A program made the translations under genes and the position numbers. From the NCBI GenBank assembly GCA_053919585.1, contig CM132787.1: 64,000 nucleotides of DNA, one strand, 5' to 3'. Shown piece after piece: positions 22,150 through 36,293 of the stretch (position 1 is the first letter of the stretch; each line of letters begins with the position of its first letter). Origin of the DNA: Euprymna scolopes (Eukaryota). The notes below the pieces were generated by a model. It searched no databases, was not told the origin of the DNA, and was given only the letters and a program-made list of their open reading frames with translations.

Positions 22150-25100
22150 CTGAATATGATAATTTCTTTTTTTTAAACTTCAGTTAACCCGATAATAGCC
22201 TGTAATGAAGAAAAAAGCATAGACATTAACTGAATGGTCATATAGAATAATAGAATACTCAAAATATTTGATAGAACATGTAAAAGCAAACTAAAACTTT
22301 GGCAAAATGCCCGAATTTGGTAATTTGGTCCCAGATCCCGGAAAAATGAAAATTCTATTTGTCAGAAAAAAAAATTTACTGCTAAGATTTACAAAACAAA
22401 TTTGACATAGTTAGAAAGGTCTTAGGCTATATTTTTTGAAACATATATACTTTGATATGTAAATCTTAGCGGTTTTTGAGCTATTTGAGGAATTGAACAA
22501 AAAATAAATGACAATTTTGCTGAAACATTAAGGTAAAATTTCACTAAATAAGCTTTTATCTTATCAAAATTTCATCTATTATACCACAAACAAGACCTGT
22601 TAGAAAAAAAAGATGAATTTAGTTATACAAATTGAAAAAATAACATCAAAAAACCCATTATGGCATTTTATTTACAAATTCTGGCTTAGTTTATATGATA
22701 AGGTTCATATGTAGTCAAGAATATGATCTCGACACGATTTTGAATTTCCGCTAGGTTTGAGATAGCATAAAATCACTTCACGTGATGCTACAGACCTAAT
22801 TTTTTTTTTGTTTGTTCAGAAATTTTATTTACTTACAGAATTTCTATAGTTCAAGGTACATAGAGAAAGTTTTTTTTTAGGCTATTTCCACCTCTGGGCC
22901 CACTGTGGGGGGGGGGTTGGCTTCATGATTGGAGGTGCTTCTTCCACCTGCTCATTTTCGTCCGCTATGATGTTCTTGCGGGCCGAAGAGCTGTGTTCGG
23001 TATCGGGAGCCAGTTTGGGGAGAGCGTTCCGTTCATCCTGCATAGTGGATGTAGTTGCAGGGGTTTCAGGAACCTTCCCCTCCGGCTGGACTTCATGGTT
23101 AGTGTCCATCTGAGGGGGGCTGCGCGAGCCTTCTCTTGCCTTCCTCTTCTTGGCCTTTCTCTCCCTCTTGCCTTTGCTGCTCCCTGAGGCAGGTTCGATT
23201 ACCTCCTCCTCTGATCCGGTCTCTTCCTCCGATTCCTGCAGCTTTCTCTTACTGGCGCCGTTGGGAGGAGGATTGTCTGTATTTTGTTGAGATTGGATTG
23301 TCGCATCGATGGCGAGTGGCCGCTCGAACTCGACTTAGGAGACATTGTGTACAACATGGAGCCGCCATTAGCTCTTTCTCAGTTAATATATAAAGTTGTA
23401 ATCTTAGATACAATTCATGACCGGCCGGGCTTTAGTGGGGGCGGTTACAGGGAGTAAATGGTGGGTTAGTCAAGTATAGCCAACGCCTCGCGTTAGATAA
23501 GGCTAAGGCAAAGAAGCGTTTAGAGGATAAGAACTAATGACCAGCCGCTCAAATCCAAGATCTGTAACACATTTACAATGTAACAGTATTCTGGTATCAG
23601 CTTCGTCGTGGTTACACTTTAAGGAATTGACGTTTGTTCCACGGGCTGATTCTGCAGCCATCCTGTCATGGAATCCTCCAGAAGTCACAACATCACGTTC
23701 TTTTTGTGTTAATTTTGCTTGACGAATCAGCTCCATACTCAAGAAGTGTTCTAAATCTTTTTTGTTCTCTGGGAGGTCAATAAACTGTCTCCAGTTAACA
23801 GGTAATGGTAAGTCCGTGTTATTCACTTTGTGACGTATTGGCCGGCTTTTTCCAATCCGAGAAATTCGAGCGGTATCCTTGATGGTATGTGCTTCATACC
23901 GATCAAATACGACATGGACTCTGGAGCATGATTGACTAAAGTGACTAAAGACTGCGGTCACAAAATGGTCAGCGAGTTGTCCAAAGTTTTGGATATTTGC
24001 AGGTTTTCCAATTGCTTGGACAAGTGCCTGACCATCGATGATCACACAAGTTTTCAGGTTTGTTATTGGCAGTTGTTTCTCTACAGTTGTTCTTTTCTGG
24101 AGAATGTTGCCCAAAGCTGCTTTGTTTGTCGATCGTATTACCCCAGAAGTATCTGAAAGTGGAACTGGCGAAAGTTCATAGCTGAGGATTTCCTTTAGGT
24201 CAACCTCCCGTCCAGCTTCCTTAGATACAAGCAAGCGTTGGAAGAGGTTTTGGTCTGCTTTGATAGTCTTTTGCTTGAGGGCTGGATCTTTGCACTGGAC
24301 TTCATACATGGTTTTTAGGGTTGAGCTTTTCGACTGTCGGAGCTTTTCATGGAATCCAACAACCTTCTTGATAAGACGTGAAGCCACAAATTCCTGTATT
24401 TTCTCTTGTCCTTGTGCGTGTGCTGCCAGATTCTGTAATTTGAAGAGAAGCTACATCTCGAGTGGCTAGACTAACAACGTTTGGAGTTTGATGTTGAAAG
24501 ATGCCATAAATCTTCAATTGATCAACAATTTTCTGAACATCTTGCTTGTCCCGTTTTAGTCTTGAAGGTCCAGCTTCTTTCACATATAAAGAACTATAGT
24601 CTTTATCTGCAGTGTGCATGTCCAGCATGTAGTTTGTCTCATGGACAATTCTGGTTCGCTCATTAAATGTGAGACACCATTGATCTCTTGCTCCTTCTGA
24701 TCGTGTTATTCCAACAAGGCCTCCTGCAACTTTACCAACTTTGTTTACATGCTCCAAGGCATGATCCGTCGATAGCTGATTGAATGTGTTGTTTGTCGTC
24801 TTGACCACAAAGTTTCCATTAATGAACTCATGGTGGACATCAGGGTGGCTTGTTTCTAGGAGCATGCAATCAAGGTACACTGCTCCCCAGCGGGTGTAAT
24901 TGACATGGTCATATTGAGCAAACCAGGGTAACATTTTAGCGAAAGACGATTTATGCAGGCTCCAGTTTCTGGTTCTCTCAGCACGCAGGAACTGCAGTAA
25001 GATGAAAACCATTTTGATGTACATCAACCAAAATCTGGAAGTTGGTGGCTGTGTCTCTTGAAAGTCATCCAACGAACTGATGATTCTAGACTGAACATGT

Positions 25101-28100
25101 TCATCCTCCAGTGCTTTGACGTTGTTGCTGATTACCTCTCGCTGATCGTGTGCCTCCAAAGATTCTATGACGTTGACTGATAATGTTTGGATGGCATATT
25201 TGTCTACTTGGTGGTCCTGTGCCCATTCGATGAATGTTGGCCAGAGAATTTTCCATACGGCTTCAAATGTGAGCTTGTGTGCTCGAATCGCCCTGTTGTA
25301 TGATTTGGCTTGCATGTTGTTCTGAGCTGTGTTCTGACCAAAGACGGCACTTTCGGCCCATACTTCAAGGAGACCAGAGTCTGCAAAGTGCTTTCCAATG
25401 ACACACATAAAGTTCTTAATAATGTGGAAACCCCCAAGTCGTAAAAATATGTTTTTGCATTGATCACTGTTGGCCCACTATATTTCCTTGGCTTTGCAAT
25501 ACAGCTGTTGGTCCAAAGTGATGACAGTAGACTGACCAGGATTTATAATGCTAGAAATTCTGAGGCATCGCATCATAACCGTCCATAGTGTGTTGTCTTC
25601 GTGAGTGGGTGAATTGAGTAGTGGCAAATAACCGATTGTGCAGACCTCATGTTAGTCTTGAGTTGTAAGTTGGTTGAAACCTGTCCATGCAGGAACATGA
25701 TCACTGTTAGATCCATAGATTCGAGAAAGAAACCAAGCCATATCTTTAGCAGAAGCTTCGTTGCACACCTGATCATCTGGCGTAAACATCGTTTCCTTCA
25801 AGGTGTCTATAAATTTCGGATCCTCGCGACAAGGTCGACAAGGTAACTTCTGAAGTTCATGAAGTTCCAGAGGGACTTTCAATGACTTAGATTTCCCAAG
25901 AGGAAGAGTGTCCTGCTGTTTCTGTTTGGGTACTACTCTCTGATACACAACCATTTGTGTCGCATGAAATGTTCCCATGCCATCCAATGTTTCTTCAATA
26001 TTGTCTGCAGCATAATGACAGAACTTGTTTAGTGACACGTTCGATGGAATAGGCGTGTTTTTATTATCTGCAAACTGTTGCAGATAGTGAACTTCAAGAG
26101 TTGTGTCCAGTCTACGCACCTGGTCATAACTGGCACAGTGCCCAGCGTGATGGACAAGTTCAACGAGCCATTTCGACCGAGTCGCCTGATGAATTGCCAG
26201 GCCTAGTCCAACATGTTTTGGTGTAAGCCTTTTACGTTTCGAGACAGCATAAACAAGGTCTTGACTGATGCTCAATGCGGTCCGTTTCACAAAGTCGTCA
26301 TCTTCCTCTCTGTCCACTTTCTCTGACAGCAAAATACCGAGAAAAAGAAACAAGCTCTCTGGAATAATTTGTTCTGCATTTTCTTTGCTGACAGATATGC
26401 AGTTATCAAGTCCAGGGTGAGATTTTATGTCACTTCTAATGCGTAACGCACAGTGATGCAAAGTTAGCATTGCATCTGTCTCTGATTGTGAGAACTGGGT
26501 TTGCTTGAAATCATTCACAAATGTGTTGGTCTCCATTTCCTCAGATTTCTTTTTCAATGTCTGAACATCAATCTTGGATGACTGTGTAGAAAACAACAGC
26601 TGTGGTTGATGTGGATTAAGTTGTGGTACAAAGTATATTTGCCCGGGAAGAATTTGGTGCAGTTTCTCTTTAAGGCGGAATCTATTATCCCGGTATGATC
26701 CAGCTTCAATGCCAAATTCTCTGCGTAAGGAAGAGTACCTATCCCAAACATCATTCAGCGAATAGATATCATCCCGTGCCAATCCAGTTGACACTTCTGA
26801 CGCGACTTTGTTAAAGCATATATCTCTGGGCGTTTCAGCTGTAATTGTATAGGACTTGGATGCTTTTCTATTGAACTCGACATAACACTGAAGATGATAC
26901 CTGTCATCTGCCGCTACAAGATCAGTAACTCCTGCTAGACGACACTGCATAACATGGCTCATTTGAGCTCCTTCAAGAATTTTGTCAGAAACTTCAAAAG
27001 TTGCAACTAAGTATGTTTCTTTGTTGCTTTTCTTTTGGCAGAAGATGCACAAGTCAGTGTTCATAGTGGAAGATTTACTGCGTAATGAAGGTTTTCGTAG
27101 TGGACTCTCAGATGCACTGCTTGAGGTAATGGTGCGTTCATACGTTGTTCTGAGCCGTGTTAGTTTTAAGGAACTTGTGAAGGTAGAATAACAGTGTTTG
27201 TGATTGATGACTTTAATCTCTTTAATGATTTTCTCAAAATCAATGGCTTGAATTCTTTCTATAGTGCGGAAGTTTTCAGAATCCTTGTACTTCTTGCGTT
27301 CTGCAGCAGCTATGCGGGCCCTTTGAATTCCAACCTCTCCAAGATTTCTAATAGGTTTCTTTGAGTCTTTCTTCTGACAAAAAAGGCATAGGGTCCAATC
27401 AATACTTGTACCGGAAGACATCTGAGGGCTTTGGGTGCTCACACTCTACTCCATATTGAAGCTCAGCTCAACTCAGAACATGCTGTTGGAGAATAAGAAC
27501 AAATAAAAATTATGCAAATTAGCACATTATCATACTCTAAAGAACACTAGCTTAACTAATCAAATGTGTTCATGCTTTATTTTTTTTAATATCTATTAAA
27601 CTCATAAACAACATCTACAGCGAATGGCACTATCATCTTTCCCTTTCTCATGGAAAAAAATGAAGAAAGATAACAAAATGGCAGTACCCGATACACGGAC
27701 ACTAGTGGGAGCCAACAGATAATGATAATAACTTATTATATATTACATTCATCACATATATAAACTTCTTATACATAGATTAAGTACAAGTGAATACAAT
27801 AAAAGATTTTAAGAAAATCATTTTTCGCTTTGGCAGCCATTTTGTTTTTTTGCAATAATTATCTTCCAAACTAGGCAAAGAACCCCACCAAATTCTTTGG
27901 AGAACTTAAATAATCATATAGTTGATGCTATAAAAAAGAAGTTTTATGACAATTGAATGAGATGTATTTTCTCTATACTGACCGTAAGCGTCTTACGTCT
28001 AAAAATTAATTTTTTTTTTGGGGGGGGGGCTCCTTTTGGTTGAACAAAATATTTTTCTATTCAATATAGAGTTAAAATAATTAAATATTTGGATTATACA

Positions 28101-28524
28101 GTCTCTAAATGTTTTACCTACCAAATTTCAGAAATATTGAATTTGTGGAAGTATTTTTTAAAAATTTAGATAACATTGAAATTTTGTGACGTTTCATGGC
28201 TTAAATTTAGTAGCCAAATATGCAAACTTTACACCCTCCTAAAATCTGAACCATAACGTTTACAACCAAATAATTTAGCAAATCATCTTAACTCTCCAAG
28301 AGGAAATTTTGTGCCAATTTTCAAGTAATTCGGAGTTAGTGGGTGTAATTGCCAGGTGAATTGAGATAGAATGACCCAATGAAGTTCATCAGAAATTTGG
28401 CTAAAAAGTGATAATAAAATCATTTTAAATGTATAAAAATATGGAATTCTTACTAAACAAAGTTTAATATACATCACAAATATTATCTCCAATTACAGCA
28501 AATTTCATAACATTATCTCAAATA

Positions 28525-29927
28525 CAGGGTGCGGCATAAATAACGCCCTTTCTTAATATCCTTTTTTTCTTTATAATATGAATGCAATTTAAAGATAAAT
28601 AAAAGTAAAAGGTATATCTCAAATTTATTAAATATCTAATTCAATATCCACATTGGTGATCTTTACAGTAATGATCTTCTGAACTAAAAAAACGATTTTT
28701 GGGAGCAAAATTAGTCAATAAATATAAAATCAAAATAAATTTAATGAAAAAAAGGATACCAACTTTATTAACTTTAAAATTTAACGCAGATGTTCAAAAT
28801 GTTCTCCATCATGTTCCATACAATTTTGAACTCTACCAGCGACACTTTTACAAACATTTTTACACTCTTCAATGGTAATTTCATGAAATTTATCTGAAAT
28901 TGCATTTTTTAATTCCTGAATTGTTTTCGGCTTAAGATTGTAAACTTTATCTTTCAATATACCCCACAAAAAAAAGTCTGGTAGCGTTAAGTCCGGAGAT
29001 CGTGATGGCCATTCAATTGGTCCCCTTCGTCCTATCCAACTATCTTCAAAATTTTCATTTAACCATTCCCTAACTCTTAACCCATAATGTGGTGGAGCCC
29101 CATCCTGTTGTAAAAAAATATCAGTCTGATTTTCAACTCTTGGCCAAACTTCCGTTTGAAGCATATGCAAATAATTATTTTGATTCACAGTACCCTCGAA
29201 GAATATTGGCCCTATTAATCCCATACAAGAAATGGCAGCCCAAACTGTTACTCCTGGCGAATTAACATCCTTTTCCAAGATGATATGAGGATTCTCATTA
29301 CTCCAATACACACAATTATGGCGATTGATATGCCCATTTAACTTAAAGGTTGCTTCATCTGACCACCATATCTTTTCAAGGAAAGTTATATCTTCATTAA
29401 CTTTATTCAAAAAGATTTCACAAAATTGTAATTGTCTATCTTGATCTCCATCATGCAAACTTTGAAGAACACGTGGAATGTAAGATCTCATCTTTAGCTT
29501 CTTCAATATTCTGCGAACACTCCTATCACTGATTGCTAACTCTGTAGAAAGACGTCTACTGGATTTTTGAGGAGTATGCAGCAACGATTCTTGTAGTTCA
29601 TTGGACTTTTCTAAGCTCGTTGCGACAACTGGCCTTCCGGATCTTTGAGCATCCCTTACACTTCCTGTGGATTCAAATTTTTTAATCAAGCTTTTGATAT
29701 TTCGGCTTTGCACTCTTGGGATGTCATATTCATCTGATAACAATCTTGCAGTTTTAGCACCATTATTATTATTTTGATAATACAATTGTATTGCTTTTAC
29801 TCTCTGTTCAATTGTTAATCTCATGGTTTAAAAAATACCTGAAAAAAATAAATGTTTAAGAATTAGTTAAAGAAAATATACATAAATATAATAAGATATA
29901 AAAGGGCGTTATTTATGCCGCACCCTG
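28525..29927 (-). mobile_element. Tc1/mariner DD41D element, second copy at the homologous site
   Basis: Same TIRs and TA flanks, offset 20,146 bp from the first copy. Confidence 0.93.
28781..29824 (-). CDS. DD41D transposase, 347 aa, protein identical to 8635-9678
   Basis: Identical translation in the ORF track. Confidence 0.92.
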   Translation of the reverse strand: MRLTIEQRVKAIQLYYQNNNNGAKTARLLSDEYDIPRVQSRNIKSLIKKFESTGSVRDAQRSGRPVVATSLEKSNELQESLLHTPQKSSRRLSTELAISDRSVRRILKKLKMRSYIPRVLQSLHDGDQDRQLQFCEIFLNKVNEDITFLEKIWWSDEATFKLNGHINRHNCVYWSNENPHIILEKDVNSPGVTVWAAISCMGLIGPIFFEGTVNQNNYLHMLQTEVWPRVENQTDIFLQQDGAPPHYGLRVREWLNENFEDSWIGRRGPIEWPSRSPDLTLPDFFLWGILKDKVYNLKPKTIQELKNAISDKFHEITIEECKNVCKSVAGRVQNCMEHDGEHFEHLR

Positions 29928-32900
29928 TAGATATGGAGCTATGTCACATTATAATAGTACTGTATTTTCAACCATGGCGGCCATTTTGTTTTTGTTCTAA
30001 AAAATTATTAAAGGCCTAATTGAATGGGCATCCTCCTGAAAAACCTTCAGTATGGACCCCTCTAACAGTCTGACATGAATGCTTGCTCCTAACATTCCGT
30101 ACCCCCTAAAGTGAATTTTCAAGATTTTGCCTCCTGACTACAATATCAAACTGGATAAATGCAGCCTTGCTCTTGTTGGGTATCCTGTTAAACCAGTTAA
30201 TCGTATCCTCAGTGTTGACCCATTGGGTAAGGTTAAATTTCTTTTTTATTTGGTTGTTAATTCTTTCGAGGATCCTTTTACTTATTTTTCCGATTTCCGG
30301 TTTGGTGGGGTTAATAAGTCTGGTTTGGGGTTTAGTCTCGAAGTGTTCTTTGTGGTCTTTAAGGAGGAGGTATGCACTTTTTGTTTGGAGCTTGGAGACT
30401 CTATCGCTCAAGTTAGGGTGTCTGTAATGGTTTTACTGTCCAAATTTATATCCTTAATCATGTTGATTTTGGATTTTTTATATGTGGCGGTGAGGTTGTT
30501 ATTTAGGAGTTTTATGTATCTCTGTTTGGAGATCTTATAAAAATTTTGAGATTTATCCGCCTTAACATATATTAGTTTGGATGTATTAATATCTTTTTTT
30601 TTATTTTGTCTAAATGTTGTTGGAACTGGTTTTTGTGTTTACGGAAGGATATGTTGTTTATAATGTCCGTAAGAGCCGTTTCAAATTTCGCCAATTGCTC
30701 TATGTGTGGAGCTGTGCTCTTGTTGCTGAATCCATAATATTCGGTGGTATTTATAGGATTTTTATCCTTAAGAAAGAAGTAGGCCTTCCAGCGCATCTTC
30801 CTAGTAAGTTCCTCCATTCTTCTTATTAGGTTGAGAAGGTAGTCATTTTTTGGTGTTGTCGGGATGTTTTTGAGGGATAGGTTGAAATTAACTTTTTCCA
30901 TTTCTTGTAAAGGTATAATCCAAGTTTTTTATGGAGAGTGCTCAACCGTGAAGGAGCATATATTTCTTTTCAAGAGAAATAAGGTAAAAAAAACCCAATA
31001 AAAGTACTCGATATGTTAATAAAGCTGTATATAATTTTTTTATTGAGCCCGTAATAAATTTACATTACTGTTTCCATTGGATTTTCACCCCAGGAGATGA
31101 GGTAGAGTACCAATTAAAAGATATATATATATATATATATATATATTACTTCCGACCAAGGCTGACCTCTTAATCCTTAGGTAAAAGAGCGGCATATCTT
31201 TTTATTCTCTTTATCTCGACCGAAAACTCTCCTTTACTTTCGACTGGGGCTGACCCCTTAATCCTCAGGTAAAAAAGTGGCTTATCTTTAAAATTTTTAT
31301 ATTTATATTTTTATTACTTGTCTGATTTTTGATGGTTACCGCAAAAAGTTTGAGGGCGACGGTGTTGCTACACTGTCTCCCCCCTTCCCAAACCACCCAT
31401 TTTTGCATCCCCCCCAACCGCCCCTTTTTGCGTTAATGCCCCCCCCAACCGCCCCTTTTTGCGTTACTGCCCCCCCCCCATATCTAAGCACCGCCCCCAG
31501 GGGGGCGGTACCGCCCACTTTGGGAAACGATGAGTTAGGACGTGGCAGGCTTGGCCGAGGCTGCCTGTGAGCAGTTTGGACGTAATTTGTACGTCTCTCA
31601 CCACTCCTCCCACGTCCAAAGGAAAAGTTAGCTTCAGTGCCCTGTAAAAAGAAGGATGAATATAAAGGGGAACCGTACCTTCGCATTTCACTGCTAACTG
31701 CTTCAGCGAGGGATAATTCGCTTCTGCCAGTCACACCATTGGGAACGCTACCTTCATCATCTTCCACAGCGCCTTGGTTCTCTTCCCCTTGTTGGTCCTG
31801 ACAAAGGTCGTCATTGCCAGGGCGTCTGCAAAATTCATTTCTTCCCCATGATTGTTGTGCATTGGTTGAGCCTGACCAGCTGTGACCTCTGGTTGCCTTT
31901 GAGGTCTGGAAACGGCTGCTGTGAGTCTGGCTCGCATATTTTCTCCCCTGGTAGGAACGGAAGCTTCTTGGTGTGCTCTGTTCTCGCCGGTGGGGGTGGG
32001 GGGGTTGGCTTCATGATTGGAGGTGCTTCTTCCACCTGCTCATTTTCGTCCGCTATGATGTTCTTGCGGGCCGAAGAGCTGTGTTCGGTATCGGGAGCCA
32101 GTTTGGGGAGAGCGTTCCGTTCATCCTGCATAGTGGATGTAGTTGCAGGGGTTTCAGGAACCTTCCCCTCCGGCTGGACTTCATGGTTAGTGTCCATCCG
32201 AGGGGGGCTGCGCGAGCCTTCTCTTGCCTTCCTCTTCTTGGCCTTTCTCTCCCTCTTGCCTTTGCTGCTCCCTGAGGCAGGTTCGATTACCTCCTCCTCT
32301 GATCCGGTCTCTTCCTCCGATTCCTGCAGCTTTCTCTTACTGGCGCCGTTGGGAGGAGGATTGTCTGTATTTTGTTGAGATTGGATTGTCGCATCGATGG
32401 CGAGTGGCCGCTCGAACTCGACTTAGGAGACATTGTGTACAACATGGAGCCGCCATTAGCTCTTTCTCAGTTAATATATAAAGTTGTAATCTTAGATACA
32501 ATTCATGACCGGCCGGGCTTTAGTGGGGGCGGTTACAGGGAGTAAATGGTGGGTTAGTCAAGTATAGCCAACGCCTCGCGTTAGATAAGGCTAAGGCAAA
32601 GAAGCGTTTAGAGGATAAGAACTAATGACCAGCCGCTCAAATCCAAGATCTGTAACACATTTACAATGTAACAGTATTCTGGTATCAGCTTCGTCGTGGT
32701 TACACTTTAAGGAATTGACGTTTGTTCCACGGGCTGATTCTGCAGCCATCCTGTCATGGAATCCTCCAGAAGTCACAACATCACGTTCTTTTTGTGTTAA
32801 TTTTGCTTGACGAATCAGCTCCATACTCAAGAAGTGTTGTAAATCTTTTTTGTTCTCTGGGAGGTCAATAAACTGTCTCCAGTTAACAGGTAATGGTACG

Positions 32901-33440
32901 TCCGTGTTATTCACTTTGTGACGTATTGGCCGGCTTTTTCCAATCCGAGAAATTCGAGCGGTATCCTTGATGGTATGTGCTTCATACCGATCAAATACGA
33001 CATGGACTCTGGAGCATGATTGACTAAAGTGACTAAAGACTGAGGTCACAAAATGGTCAGCGAGTTGTCCAAAGTTTTGGATATTTGCAGGTTTTCCAAT
33101 TGCTTGGACAAGTGCCTGACCATCGATGATCACGCAAGTTTTCAGGTTTGTTATTGGCAGTTGTTTCTCTACAGTTGTTCTTTTCTGGAGAATGTTGCCC
33201 AAAGCTGCTTTGTTTGTTGATCGTATTACCCCAGAAGTATCTGCGAGTGAAAGTGGAACTGGTGAAAGTTCATAGCTGAGGATTTCCTTTAGGTCAACCT
33301 CCCGTCCAGCTTCCTTAGACACAAGCAAGCGTTGGAAGAGGTTTTGGTCTGCTTTGATAGTCTTTTGCTTGAGGGCTGGATCTTTGCACTGGCCTTCATA
33401 CATGGTTTTTAGGGTTGAGCTTTTCGACTGTCGGAGCTTT

Positions 33441-36167
33441 TCATGGAATCCAACAACCTTCTTGATAAGACGTGAAGCCACAAATTCCTGTATTTTCTCT
33501 TGTCCTTGTGCGTGTGCTGCCAGATTCTGTAATTTGAAGAGAAGCTACATCTCGAGTGGCTAGACTAACAACGTTTGGAGTTTGATGTTGAAAGATGCCA
33601 TAAATCTTCAATTGATCAACAATTTTCTGAACATCTTGCTTGTCCCGTTTTAGTCTTGAAGGTCCAGCTTCTTTCACATATAAAGAACTATAGTCTTTAT
33701 CTGCAGTGTGCATGTCCAGCATTAAGTTTGTCTCATGGACAATTCTGGTTCGCTCATTAAATGTGAGACACCATTGATCTCTTGCTCCTTCTGATCGTGT
33801 TATTCCAACAAGGCCTCCTGCAACTTTACCAACTTTGTTTACATGCTCCAAGGCATGATCCGTCGATAGCTGATTGAATGTGTTGTTTGTCGTCTTGACC
33901 ACAAAGTTTCCATTAATGAACTCATGGTGGACATCAGGGTGGCTTGTTTCTAGGAGCATGCAATCAAGGTACACTGCTCCCCAGCGGGTGTAATTGACAT
34001 GGTCATATTGAGCAAACCAGGGTAACATTTTAGCGAAAGACGATTTATGCAGGCTCCAGTTTCTGGTTCTCTCAGCACGCAGGAACTGCAGTAAGATGAA
34101 AACCATTTTGATGTACGTCAACCAAAATCTGGAAGTTGGTGGCTGTGTCTCTTGAAAGTCATCCAACAAACTGATGATTCTAGACTGAACATGTTCATCC
34201 TCCAGTGCTTTGACGTTGTTGCTGATCACCTCTCGCTGATCGTGTGCCTCCAAAGATTCTATGACGTTGACTGATAATGTTTGGATGGCATATTTGTCTA
34301 CTTGGTGGTCCTGTGCCCATTCGATGAATGTTGGCCAGAGAATTTTCCATACGGCTTCAAATGTGAGCTTGTGTGCTCGAATCGCTCTGTTGTATGATTT
34401 GGCTTGCATGTTGTCCTGAGCTGTGTTCTGACCAAAGACGGCACTTTCGGCCCATACTTCAAGGAGACCAGAGTCTGCAAAGTGCTTTCCAATGACACAC
34501 ATAAAGTTCTTAATAATGTGGAAACCCCCAAGTCGTAAAAATATGTTTTTGCATTGATCACTGTTGGCCCACTGTATTTCCTTGGCTTTGCAATACAGCT
34601 GTTGGTCCAAAGTGATGACAGTAGACTGACCAGGATTTATAATGCTAGAAATTCTGAGGCATCGCATCATAACCGTCCATAGTGTGTTGTCTTCATGAGC
34701 GGGTGAATTGAGTAGTGGCAAATAACCGATTGTGCAGACCTCATGTTTGTCTTGAGTTGTAAGTTGGTTGAAACCTGTCCATTCAGGAACATGATCACTG
34801 TTAGATCCATGGATTCGAGAAAGAAACCAAGCCATATCTTTAGCAGAAGCTTCGTTGCACACCTGATCATCTGGCGTAAACATCGTTTCCTTCAAGGTGT
34901 CTGTAAATTTCGGATCCTCGCGACAAGGTCGACAAGGTAACTTCTGAAGTTCATGAAGTTCCGGAGGGACTTTCAACGACTTAGATTTCCCAAGAGGAAG
35001 AATGTCCTGCTGTTTCTGTTTGGGTACTCCTCTCTGATACACAACCATTTGTGTCGCATGAAATGTTCCCATGCCATCCAATGTTTCTTCAATTATGTCA
35101 ATATTGTCTGCAGCATAATGACAGAACTTGTTTAGTGACACGTTCGATGGAATAGGCGTGTTTTTATTATCTGCAAACTGTTGCAGATAGTGAACTCCAA
35201 GAGTTGTGTCCAGTCTACGCACCTGGTCATAACTGGCACAGTGCCCAGCGTGATGGACAAGTTCAACGAGAGATTTCGACCGGGTCGCCTGATGAATTGC
35301 CAGGCCTAGTCCAACATGTTTTGGTGTAAGCCTTTTACGTTTCGAGACAGCATAGACAAGGTCTTGACTGATGCTCAATGCGGTCCGTTTCACAAAGTCG
35401 TCATCTTCCTCTCTGTCCACTTTCTCTGACAGCAAAATACCGAGAAAAAGAAACAAGCTCTCTGGAATAATTTGTTCTGCATTTTCTTTGCTGACAGATA
35501 TGCAGTTATCAAGTCCAGGGTGAGATTTTATGTCACTTCTAATGCGTAACGCACAGTGATGCAAAGTTAGCATTGCATCTGTCTCTGATTGTGAGAACTG
35601 GGTTTGCTTGAGATCATTCACAAATGTGTTGGTCTCCATTTCCTCAGATTTATTTTTCAATGTCTGAACATCAATCTTGGATGACTGTGTAGAAAACAAC
35701 AGCTGTGGTTGATGTGGATTAAGTTGTGGTACAAAGTATATTTGCTCGGGAAGAATTTGGTGCAGTTTCTCTTTAAGGCGAAATCTATTATCCCGGTATG
35801 ATCCAGCTTCAATGCCAAATTCTCTGCGTAAGGAAGAGTACCTATCCCAAACATCATTCAGCGAATAGATATCACCTCGTGCGAATCCAGTTGACACTTC
35901 TGACGCGACTTTGTTAAAGCATATATCTCTGGGCGTTTCAGCTGTAATTGTATAGGACTTGGATGCTTTTCTATTGAACTCGACATAACACTGAAGATGA
36001 TATCTGGCATCTGCCGCTACAAGATCAGTAACTCCTGCTAGACGACACTGCATAACATGGCTCATTTGAGCTCCTTCAAGAATTTTGTCAGAAACTTCAA
36101 AAGTTGCAACTAAGTATGTTTCTTTGTTGCTTTTCTTTTGGCAGAAGATGCACAAGTCAGTGTTCAT
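33441..36167 (-). pseudogene. Longest open Academ family 1 transposase segment (908 aa)
   Basis: Lacks the stop and 9-bp deletion of copies A and C. N-terminus is cut by the nested insertion and the C-terminus is frameshifted. Confidence 0.7.
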
Positions 36168-36293
36168 AGTGGAAGATTTACTGCGTAATGAAGGTTTTCG
36201 TAGTGGACTCTCAGATGCACTGCTTGAGGTAATGGTGCGTTCATACGTTGTTCTGAGCCGTGTTAGTTTTAAGGAACTTGTGAAGGTAGAATA

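Larger units (their letters stand above)
19088..22907 (-). mobile_element. RAG1-like/Transib transposon, 3820 bp
   Basis: TIRs CACAGTGGGCCCAGA at both ends. Inserted in a G-run (9 G each side versus a 13-bp G5TG7 empty site), consistent with a 5-bp TSD. Confidence 0.9.
23530..30140 (-). mobile_element. Academ family 1, copy C (shares stop codon, 9-bp deletion and mariner with copy A)
   Basis: ORFs 25652-27442, 24347-25408 and 23503-24387; terminus at 30140. Confidence 0.75.

Noticed and set aside
19241-22334. 13-bp inverted match CTGGGACCAAATT (19241-53 and 22322-34) inside the Transib
   Set aside because: Unequal distances from the ends and a single instance; cannot be distinguished from chance.
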